A stretch of DNA of 64,000 nt from Mizuhopecten yessoensis. Taxonomy: Eukaryota. The notes under the pieces are model-generated. The model did not search any database. It was not told the origin of the DNA and saw only the letters and a list, made by a program, of their open reading frames with translations. The stretch is from contig NW_018407846.1 in NCBI RefSeq assembly GCF_002113885.1, forward strand, positions 81,492 through 145,491, given 5' to 3'. Position numbers and translations under genes: made by a program. Positions 42,701 to 54,700 of this stretch are shown piece after piece (within the stretch, counting starts at the first letter, position 1; every line of letters begins with the position of its first letter).

Positions 42701-45700
42701 ACATTTGCCATAAATATATCACAATGATTTCATCAAGATTCATTAGTTTGGAGATATGTAATATCAAAGTGTTACTTTCTACACAAAAGTACGTTTATTA
42801 CGTACATTGTTTGTGAAGAAAGTAAAACTTTGATATTATATCACAATGCTACATTATTGCAACGATTTTTATTTTGTTAACAGAAAGTGACATCAACTTC
42901 CTGATGAACATTGCATTAGATAAGTTGGCGTTCCTTCCCTTCAGCTTCACGTTAGATAGTTGGAGGTGGGGTGTTTTCAGAGGAGACACTCTTCCACAGC
43001 ACTACAACTCTAAATGGTGGGAGTTACGGTAAGACATTGTAGGGACAACTGATGGATACAGGTATCTGAAACAGAGCCACATCTCTGAAACATTATAATT
43101 TAAGTTAAGTAGGTCCGTAAGCTTGTGACACTACTGTTTCGTTCGAATGTTTCCCTCCCTCCAATCCATTTTGGCGCCTTATCAAAATCAGCTCTCCAAC
43201 TGCTCTTGATTTTAAATATACAATATCACTATATTAAACGTGGACAATATATACTGTTATCAAGGGCTGTCCTGAAAGAAGCAATTTCTTTAAGGCATAG
43301 CCAGGTTTTTGGGGTTACATGTATACGGGATATGACCGATTCAAACATTGCGGTAAATGACGTAATCCCCTTTGGTGTAGTACCTTCTTTTAGGTTATAC
43401 GAGTTAACGTCAATAAGTCTAATTGGGGCATAGCTAAAATTACATTATATATGATAATTTAATATCATAGTTTAATGTCCAGCAAACGTTGCCGCTGATG
43501 CTTAGATCAAAGCTGGACCTATCAGCTCAATAGGGTTCAAATGATGACAAAAGCTCTAGAAAACACGACCGACAAGGTATGTCCCTGTCTGAATTCACTG
43601 TCTTGTACAGGAAATACTAATGAGCCCAGGGCAGTAATTGGTATTGGTAGCCTGATAAGATTGAAATCAGGCGTTTTTACGGGTTAATTGTATATATTCT
43701 TCAGGTGTAAATATCAGGGTGTTTCTCCACCTGTCGAAAGGACAGCGGAGGACTTTGACCCGGGATCTAAATATCATGTACCTTTCCAAGTATCTTATAT
43801 AAGGTAAGTCAAGTGGTGTGTAAATAATTACTTTGAATTAAAACAAGACAGCCACATATATTTTAAAAGTGTAGAACATTTCAAGATAAGGAAAAAAATG
43901 AAATACATTGAGAGAAAAAAGATATTGATGAATACTGGGGGAAAAAAACACAAACATGTTTTGAGAATTTGAGAGGTTAACAAACTACGTAAACATTTCA
44001 AATACTGCAATTTGATAGACCGTTGGTTGTTTCCCAGGTATTTCGTGGCATTCATACTGCAGTTCCAGTTCCAGAAATCTTTGTGCGATGTCGCTGGGCA
44101 CAAGGGTCCGCTTTATCTCTGTGATATATACAACTCAACTGCTGCAGGTGACAAACTCAGGTGTGTGTAGTAGCAAAATGTACTTATGACAATAAAGGAT
44201 GTATTGATGACAGGCTACAGAGTGTGCAGGTAACACATTATGTGCTTTTATCGGACGATCTCAAACCTCTATGACCAAATAATATTTGCGAGTGATATGT
44301 TTTAGGTGATAAACTCATGAGTGGGAAGATGAGAATCTATGTTATTTGTGGGTGAACAGGATGGGTTTATCTTTGTAGTCTTGTCAACCTTTTTTACGTT
44401 TTCATGCATGGAAATTATGCTCGAAAAACTGCAAAATCAGTGAAATTGAGCAAATGCTCAACTTTGATGAGATCACACAGTATGTTTACGAATAATTATT
44501 ACCTTGTACCTTTATAGAGAATTACTCAGTCTTGGGTCGTCCAAGTCATGGCCAGATGCCTTGGAAATCATGACAGGACAAAGAAATATGGACGCAAGAG
44601 CCTTTATTGAATACTTTCAACCTTTGACTGATTGGCTGAAAATCCAGAACAAAAATAAACGGTCGGGATGGACGGAGTTGTCGTGCCCTTCATCGACAAC
44701 AGGATTAATTGACAGTGAGGAAGCAGGATGGGAATGGATCGAGCAGAATGATAAATTGTTTACCGATATCTTCTCCGAAATGGCAAATGCTGAATGGCAG
44801 TATGCTACCAATATCACCGATCATAACAGAAAAATAAAGGCAGGTTATGTTAAAGATAACTGCTATTTAAAATAAAAAATCCATTTAAGTCCTTTCATCA
44901 TTCGTATTACATTCATTCCACCATAACGGCTGATATTGTAACGAAACATATTTGTATATCAAATAGTTTGTATAATCATATAAACGTTGCATGATTTGTA
45001 GGAGATCATTCAGCAATCCCAGATTGGAAAGTGCATTCGAAGGTTTATGCCCCTATTACAAATGTATACCGCGAGTGTGTCATATGTATTGACTTACGGC
45101 TAGGATTCAAATTCCACACAAAAAGTGCATTCAAGGAGCTTTCCGTAAATTGAAAAATGGACCGATTAAACGAGTCCAAAAACAGCTGTTTGTATTTTGT
45201 AGGTAGACACCACTTTGAAATTTGCAGAATATGAACAGGTAGCTGTTCAGAAAGCAAGTATGTTCGATTGGACAAGCTTTCAAAACAAGACCCTGCGAAG
45301 ACTGTTTAAAAAACTTAATACCACCATTGGTATTAACTCTCTTGAAGGCAAAGACAAACTTGAACAGGTAAGTAGACGAAACAATGATTTGCAGATCAAC
45401 ACATTTCTAATTATATTTTGTCCATGTGTTTAACACATATTTCGATGGAAGTTACAACGAAGACACCGTCGTTCCTAGAAGATTATCCAGGTACCTTCGT
45501 TCTCAATAAACAATCTTGACAATTTTGTTTTAAGTAGAAAAACCACTTTTGACTCTAGTAGTTAATCCATGCTCTGACATTCACAGGAAAAGGTGGTTGG
45601 ATTATGGAATGGTAGGTTGTATTGGATTATGGTTGTGTTGGTTTGCTATAAATGAGGTCCGGAATACGACTCTACTTCATTGTTGTTTATTCAAAAGGAT

Positions 45701-48700
45701 GAGTTCACATATGAGCTGACGTCATAAAAGACAATTGGATACAACGTCATAATACGCCGTTAATAAGGTGTCCGTAGTTTGGCGCCATTACTCTAACTAT
45801 TACATTTCTCGACATCCTCGGGGCCACAGAATGGTTTTAAATAATCCTTCAATATACAAGTTCAAATGTATATACACTTAACAATAACAATTTCCGACAT
45901 TCTCGGGGCCGCACAATGTTCATCATATTATGAATAGCAATGTATAGACATACATGTATAAATTAAGTTGCGATTAATTAATTGTTCTCGATATCCTTAT
46001 AATTGTCAATATGGTAAATAGTTGGAATATACACGATTATATATTCAATTCACACGCGTAAATCATTTTGTTTAACTTCCCGTTCATTTCTCAGTTTTTA
46101 GTTCGTGATCGTATTATAATTGTCACTTCGCGTTGTGTTTTTGTTTAAGTCTTTCGCTTCTCCGGATTCTGAGACCATCGACATTGTCACTAACTTCTGG
46201 GGGTACAGTTTAGTGATCGGTCTGTTTATCACTCCAATTTTTGTTCCTGATGACTGCTGCTCGGACTTGTCCATCTCGGCCTTCCATGAGTTCCTCCACG
46301 ACGGCGAGCTTCCAGCCTACCCGTTTAAAATCCCCGTGGACTTGCACAATATCTCCGACCGTTATTTTACAGTCATTATTTCCAGATATACGATGGAACT
46401 CTCTAAGCGACGTCAATTACTCAGTTTTCCATTGTATTCAAAAGTTGTTTAGGATGCGTGATTGTCTCTTTATGCGCTCATTAACCTTAACATGGTTGAT
46501 AACACTTGGCTCCATAGCGGTGTCGTCAGTGAACGGATAGGATAGGGACGTCAATCTTCGGCCGAATAGCAGTTTGGAAGGTGTAAGTGGTGCTGGGTTG
46601 TTTGGATTTGTTGATATGTAGGTCAAGGGGCGGTCATTCAGCATAGCTTTCGCTTCAGTGACGATGGTGTTTAGTGTCTCTATATCAACTCAAGATTTCC
46701 CTAATACTTTCTTAAGGGTAGTTTTTTTTAATCTAATTAGCCTTTCCCACCAACCCCCATACCACGGGGCACGGTAAGGGATGAATATCCACTCTACTCC
46801 ATGTCTCCCAATTTCTTCTCAAAGTTTATCCGCTTGGCATAGTTTTACAAACTCCTCAGCTGCCGCTTTATACGTCGAAGCGTTGTCGGATATTACAATG
46901 CTCGGCAATGATCGGCGACTGACGCAGCGTAAAAAGCTAACATGAATGAATTGAACGTAAGGTCATTCACAAGTTCCAGATGAATAGCCGTCGTAGACGC
47001 GCACGTGAACAGACATAAATATACTTTTCGGTCATTGTTGTCGTGATCTTTAACAGTAAGCGCTCCGGTAAAATCCACTCCAGTCACAGTGCTCCTGGGG
47101 CTGTTTTCCCAGTGTGGCCATTTTGAATCGTCTGTAAGCCAGTTGAGTCCTTTCCACCAAAGTGTATTATCCTTAAATTGAGCTGCGGAAATGCCACGCG
47201 TGAGAAGATCTGCTGAGTTGCTGTCAGTTAGGCAATATTTCCATGGAAAGTGTCCCGTTTTCTCCTTGATTTCCATCATGCGGTTAGCAACAAACTGCTT
47301 CAGTCGTTTACTTGATGAAATCCAGCTCAGGACGATCTGGCTGTCGCACCAGAATATAATGTCATTAACTTCAATGCTTTTTTTGTATGTGTGAAGCTAG
47401 AGGTGCTCCCCTAACTGCTTCATTAACTCAAGTGGCTGTTGTGTAATAGGACGAATGGATGCCACTCTGTTCCTCGCCATAAGAAGTGTCACTTGATCTG
47501 GTGTCTCTAAGTATGCGCATGTTCAATACGCTCGTTAGCTGGCATCTTTAAAGATGTGTAGTCGTAATTTTCCTTGTGTTGCTGACTGAAGGGCTCCAGG
47601 GATTTGGATTTTCACTATTTCCTTGATGACCCCCGAAAGATAGTTCCATTGCGTTTGAACATCAGTAGGTAGACTTTCATCCCACTCCTTTGTCTCCTTC
47701 CATAGCGTTTGCATGAGCATTTCCGCTCGCACAGTTACTGGACTCAGTAATCCCAAAGGACCGAAGATTTTCGAAGACTCTTGCAGTATGGCGCGCTTGG
47801 TAACCTCCGGGTGTGTATGCGTTCCGAATTTGTTTCCTTGATATTGCAATGTGTCTTCTTCGACGTTCTAAGATCTTCACCAATGTGCCGTTGTCAAGTG
47901 TTCCTTCCAATTTTGCACGATCCTGAAGTTTTCCGCTGTTTGAGTTCCAGGAATGTAAATTGAACCCTCCTTTGCTGAGGAGATCTCGCGATTCTTCGTA
48001 TAATTGTAGAACTGAACTTTCATTTTTGAAACTCATGAGGACAATGTCAACATACAAATCCTTCTCCAAGATCTCTGATACTTCGCTCGGGTTGTCCTTG
48101 AAGTGCTTTAAAAGCGTTGCGTTCAAGATGAAAGGCGAACAAGTTGCTCCGAATAATACTGCCTTGAAGCGGTAGGAGATGAGAGGACTCGTAGGGTCTG
48201 TAGGGTCACTCCACCAAAGAAAACGTGTAACATCACGATCATCTTCATCCAGTTCAATCTTTAAAAAAGCTTTCTCGATGTCTGATGAAACTGCGTATCT
48301 TTGTAGCCTGAACCTTATAAGTATTGCGGTTGAATCGTTCATTATCGGTGCATGAGACTCGAGACATTCGTTCAAACTGGTTCCTGTTTTTTTCTTTACA
48401 ACTACAGTCGAACACAATACGAATAGGTGTTGTTGACGAATCCTTGTGAACAGGATGGTGAGGGATGTATTGGATTTTCTTTCCGTCGTTTTCCGTGTCT
48501 GGAACTTTCTCTTTGAATCCACGCTGTTCTTGCTCCTCCATTATGTTGCTGTAATGTGTCAGTAAGTGCGGTTCTCGCTCCAACCGTCTGACTACACTTT
48601 CCGTCCTATGTTTGATAATCTCGTAGTTTGTTGGTAAGAAACCAGATTCCTGTTTCAACGGAAGTTTTGCCTAGTACTTTCCATCATTCAATGCTATTGA

Positions 48701-51700
48701 CGTTGCTCCGTACTCCTCAATCGTTCTGACTTGTTTCGGCGTTTGCTCGTCCTCACTCACACCTAGCGATTCAAGTTTCCAAAAAGTCTACACCCTCTGC
48801 ACTGTGGTTGATCAAAATGTTCATGATTGATGTATTCATAAATCCCATTGTTGAGGTCAACATTGTAGAAGCATTCGACGTATCGATTGGACCCAATAGC
48901 AAGTATCCGATTACCTGATCTTGCACTATGTCCCAATATTAGTTTGCTCCAATCAGAAGTGATATGTTGAACTTGTCATCGTTTGAGACTAGGTGCGCGA
49001 GCGGTAGATTTTTTTAGTACGGCAACAGTAACACTTTACTCCGGGCTCTGATCTCTATAGGTGTGGTGATCTTTGGTATAATTACAACCTCCATTGGAAT
49101 TCGGTCACCATTATAGGCTTCAACAGAAATGCGCGCGGTCTTCAAATGACGTGCATGTTGTTCATTGCCTCCGAAGGCAGCTATCCTAATGGAAATGGTT
49201 CCTACGCACTCATTCTCTAACTTCTCGGCTATGTCTTCAGTTATAAACGAATTTTGCGCACCTTTGTCGAGAAGAATGTTAGCCAAAGTGTTCTGATCAT
49301 CTGACCATACTGGCGCTACTGCGGTTTTTAGTAGGACATCTGAGTGTGTGGTGATGGATGTAGAATGAAGCGCTGAAGTTTTCCCTAGTTTCTCCTCTTT
49401 CTCGTTACTCCTTACGGAATTTGTAAATTTAGTACTGGATGGCTGAGGTCGCTGTTGTTCTCTACTGGTATGGTGTTTTTTCCCGCATTTCCTGCACTTG
49501 AACTTGTAACGGCAATCAACTACTTTGTGTGACCCGAAACAGTTAAAACACATGTTCTTTGCCATTACATTATCAACGCGCACTATATAATCTGTGACAT
49601 TTGTGCATTCATTTGGCGAATGTGAATCCTGGCAAAACAAGACTTTCGGTTCTCGGTGTTTGTGGAATGTAAGGCTTGACCCTTACCTTTAGGTGGTTTG
49701 TTATCGAAAGTTCCCGTTACAAATGATGCCGTTGGTACTACTTCCGGTTCCGTTTGTCCGGACTCCAAAATGCAAACCTCCTTTCTGATTGCTTCACGCA
49801 AGGATTGTAAATCCCAGTTATCGTTTCCGTGGTCTCTCGTAATGTTCCGTTTTAAATCGGGCGTTAGTTTATTTTTGATAATCGGAACGGGAAGTGATCC
49901 AAATGATGACTCACATTGTCCTAACGAATTTAATCCGCGAATGTAGGACTCCATTTTATCATAGGTAGCAGAATACAGTAGAAATGGCCCGACTCTGATA
50001 AACAAGGCACATGTCGAGGAAATGTAAACACAGCGGATTTACCCTACACAACACATGTATACATGTATATATATTTGTAAACTGCATTACATTTACAATA
50101 CATNAACCCAAAATTTGACCCCCGCAACTAGTAATTTTTTTCCTAAGCTCTGTCTGAAATTAAAGATTACCTACCTGGTTGCAGAATTATCTGGGTCCCA
50201 GTAAAATTGTAAAACTTCAAAATTTTACCTCCTGTAAAGCTAGCTTTTCATGTGTACGCACCCTTTCGTATTATGGCCAAAATTTTATTCTCGAACCAAA
50301 GAAATCTTCTTTCTTTTTTACAAATGTGAAGCTCACATAGCCCACTTTATCATGCTTATACCAATTTTAGTACAGTTTTATGTTTATAATTGTTTTACAT
50401 ATTATTATACAGGGGTTAGCCATTTAACAAAAATATCACCCATGGCCACAACCCTCTACTGTACACTGCTACCATAGAATGATATGAGGCCACTAGCGTT
50501 GGATCGCGGGACTGGGATGTTGATAAGATTTTCCATGTACGCGTTTTTGACTTGATGTGGTTGTCCAAAGCGTTGTATGAGGATATCAATGGCTTGCACA
50601 CAGTTATCAATGGTGAGGGGTAAACCTTAAATACACTGTGATGCTTGACCATGTAGCTGGACTTTGATGTAATTAAACTTCTGAATTTCCGTCAAACTAG
50701 CGTTGAAATGAATGGTAGATTGAAACGAATCCCAAAATGTCCGCCATTGCAAAATGTCCCCACTAAATGTTAGAAGGTTCATCTTGGGAAGTTTGTTGAA
50801 CTCGATGACAGCTGATGGCCAACGGGATTGAAACTGGAATCTGACTGATTCGCATTCACTCTGTCTACTCTGGGGGTACAATTCTGGACGTGTGGGGTGA
50901 AATTCTGGGCGTGGGCGTTCAACACAGATTGGGTTGTTTGATGAGGGTGTGAAAAAAATACTTCGTGTTCACCAATGGATGCCTTGATTTCGGACAGTTT
51001 GTATTCTAAATCGAACAAATACTCATCTGTATCGACGATCTCGTCTTCTATGTTCTCCTCCTTAATTTGTAGAATGATCTTCTCGTTGAGTTGTTGAATA
51101 ACTTCCTTCTTGTCCGACAGTGATCCCAAGACTGTGCGGACAGCTGTTAGGTTCTTTGATGAAGTGAAGTCCTCTAGTTTTGTCAGTAATCGAGTAATAG
51201 TGCTCTTGTTTCCGGCTCTCACTTGTCTTAGTTTGGACAGCTCCATATTCCCTTTTGTTACGGCACCAATGTATTGGTTTATGGTTGTGTTGGTTTGCTA
51301 TAAATGAGGTCCGGAATACGACTCTACTTCATTGTTGTTTATTCAAAAAGATGAGCTCACATATAGATGACGTCATAAAAGACAATTTGATACAACGTCA
51401 TAATACGCCGTTAATAAGGTGTCCATAGTTTGGCGCCATTACTCTAGCTATTACATTTCTCGACATAGGTTTACCAGGACAATTATGTATAAAAAGGGTC
51501 AATCTGTACTCTAAAACTTAACTGACTGCTGGTACAACCTGACTGCTGGCATGCGATTACATGTACCTTACTTTATATTTCAATTTCTATGTATTCACAA
51601 CACTTAATGTGACGTGTGATAACGTGTTGTCGAATTAAGTGACATAATCAACCCCATACTGAAATAATATCTTTCGTATTAATGACCGATATTTAGCACA

Positions 51701-54700
51701 CATTCTGAGATTTCAGTTGAAATTCAGAAAAAAAGTGAATACCGACGTGTATAAACCAAACCGTTATTCGAACTCAAAATCGATGATATAATGATGAAAT
51801 ATAAACAAAATAAAGGTTTACATTGATACGCTTGAACAAAATACAGGAATGGTATGTACAGGTAATCCAGGAGGGTAAGCGTCTTCAGTTCCATCGACCT
51901 TATTCGTTAGTCAAATCTAAGCCAAATCCACGTAATGACGCTTTCTCAAAGGCGGGTGAGTGAAACCACTATACGGTAAGGCGTCATAATGAGCATCAAT
52001 ATAAATGTCGACATTCACGTAGTTCAAGGAAATATAATTTTTTCCCAACGAGATCATGTTTTCAACCATAGAACGTCTCCATAGTCTCCGTCGATGTGAA
52101 TCTCAAACTCAAGCGTTGTAAGGTTACCCGTCTTCACAGAAATTGCGATAATGTAAATTAGGTTGTTGTAAGAAGCAGCGTTGTAACTATAAAGAAAGGA
52201 TAAAGTCCTAATACAAAGCTCGAAATCATACTGCTTAGGAGTAAGCCACCCCTGTTAGTCATGATATGAGTAAAGCTCGAGGTAAACGGCTAATATAGGA
52301 GAGTCTGTCGTGTTGTTTATTTTAAGTTCAGTGGCTACGTGCGGTCGACTTGGGAAATAATGTTCTCCTTTTATAAAGATGACACAACATCGATATATTT
52401 GACAGTAAAAATTAGTTGTTTTAATATATTTGTAATCTGTTAGCATAAGTGTTTCCATTAAGTCCCCCATGAGAACGAAAACTCGCCAATTTACCGAAAT
52501 ATCTTATCATAAGATGTGAAATAATCCCAACCATAAAACGTTTTATATGCCTGTCATGTCATGTTTGTAGCATACAATGGTTGGTTCCTGTTCTCTGACT
52601 GTTGTCATTTTATTGTCGCGAGTGTAAGCAGGGGTTTGATAAATATAAGCACAATGACCTGTGCAATATATGCACATATGTCTGTCTATGATTGTGTATA
52701 TATATGCTGAAATAAATGTATTTGTACATGTACTTGTATGTGTGTGTAAGTGTGTATGAGGTGTGTGAGATGTTTCCTTCGGGAGTTACTCCCCCATAGC
52801 CTTGTGTTAATATGAATTATTTTGTGTTATTTTTTTCATTTGCAACATGTCTAAAATATTATGTCTCCTTGTTTATTCCACTTTGGCCATTTGACGGAGA
52901 GAATTTATAAAGGATTTGCCTGTTATTCAATCCAATTGACTACGACATCTTGTCAATAAAATTTGATGAAATGAAATGAAATAAGTACAATGTTGATTAT
53001 AGTGAAATTGTGATGTAAATCACACTGTGCAATCTACCTGTACTGTCAGTTTTTGTTCAGCAAATTGTATTATAAAGAAGGCTTGTGAAATAGCGATGAC
53101 GATATGCAAAGAATATATATGTTTTGTCACTAGGTAGGAGATGATGGTAATAGAGGAGGTGGAAGAGCCGTATTGACGTTTTTATTATTATATTTTAGCA
53201 CAATTCAATAATCTCCGAAATGAAGGCTATCACCAGTAAGGCCAACGTGTGTCTGTCAGATGGACAGTGTCATCAGATCATGCCAGGTAAGTGTTAAAGT
53301 AAGGCTTAATTTGTGTAGTGCCACAGCGAGGCCAAGGTGTATACTGTTTGAATTATAAATCAGGAGGGATCATTCCCCTGGTTTAAGGTTCAATTATAGC
53401 GCTAGAAGCTCTAATTCACACCTTTCATGTAACAAATATTGTCTTGTTAAACTGGCATGAGAATAACCAGTTCATGTTACGGGTTATGTTTGGTGATGTA
53501 TTTTTTCTAGATTTCTCGCCTAACTTATGCTGTTCTATCAATTTCTCATGATGAATAGGTCTCACTCAGGTCTTTTCCGAGTCCCGTAACTACAGCCTGC
53601 TGACTGAAGCCTGGAGAAAATGGCGGGATGCGACTGGGCGGAAAATGAAGGATCTGTACAAAGATATGGTTAACATTAGCAATGAGGCCTTCATGCAACT
53701 AGGTACGACATACTGTTTTTCTTAAAAACTTCTTAGATGGTATGTCAATCGTTCTTTCTATAAGTTTTGTTTTTAAATTTGAGATATATCAATATTCAAA
53801 TAATAAATGCATATGAAATGCTGAATATAAAACAGAATTGATTACTTGTATGCTATTTGTATGTGAACAGAATGTAAGTTATATTGTAGATTTGATTAAA
53901 AACACATTTTATTTTATATTTTAAACTAAGGATATGAAGACACTGGAGATTACTGGAGATCCTGGTATGAATCGCCAACATTACAGGAAAATTTAGAACA
54001 ACTGTTAATGCAGTTAGAGCCGCTATATAAAAATCTTCATGCTTATATTCGACGGAAATTACGGAACTTCTACGGAGAAGAACATTTCCCTGCCTCCGGC
54101 CATGTTCCTGCACATTTATTTGGTAAGTCAGAAAAAATGTTTTTAAAATATTTTAACTAGTTAGTGTCGTCGATAGAGCTATTTCACTTTCAGTGCATTT
54201 CTCTCAAACTTTATGCAGGTATCAATTATGCATTAGATGTGTTTGTGTTTCAGAGTCCAACGTTTAAATTCACTGTTGCACTACTAAAATTGTCAAACAA
54301 TGACATCTATTGTACATGGCATTAGGGTATAAATGTCTAACATGTTACATGTTGTAGGTTCTATGAGATTTGGAAGAAACCACACTCTGTGTATTTTGTA
54401 ACAATACCTACAACGAGTTCTGTATGGTCGAGATATATTTTATGATTATAACCCGTAAATATGCACAACTTAACTTGTATTTATAATAAGAAAGTACGTG
54501 CAAAACATTGTTTTGTCTTAACTAATGATCCATCCGACCATTTACTCTACCACACATTTATCGACAGTGTTATTATGTTGATTGACATTTGGTGATTTAC
54601 CTTTAAATGTATAAAGGAAACATGTGGGGACAACAGTGGAATAACATATACGACCTTGTGGAACCTTTCAAGGGCAAATCCAGTATGGACGTTACTTCTA

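Larger units (their letters stand above)
45618..51465 (-). mobile_element. BEL/Pao LTR retrotransposon, both ends intact, coding region decayed; in ACE intron 14, antisense
   Basis: TG...CA LTRs at 45618-45814 and 51270-51465, TSD TAGGT (45613-17 / 51466-70), gag (LPK..L.TFSGD...W..FWDSF), three Cys/His knuckles, protease [12 protein letters not shown] ([21 protein letters not shown]), RNase H LHIFKDAS, integrase ([40 protein letters not shown]); order PR-RT-RH-IN; stops and frameshifts. Confidence 0.96.

Noticed and set aside
16294-50104. Isolated single N bases (16294, 16699, 31970, 50104)
   Set aside because: Assembly ambiguities, mostly next to C-rich runs; not biological
45618-51465. 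Active retrotransposon or env-bearing retrovirus
   Set aside because: Multiple stops, frameshifts, deletion and nested MITE; only ~300 bp between integrase end and 3' LTR, with no env ORF
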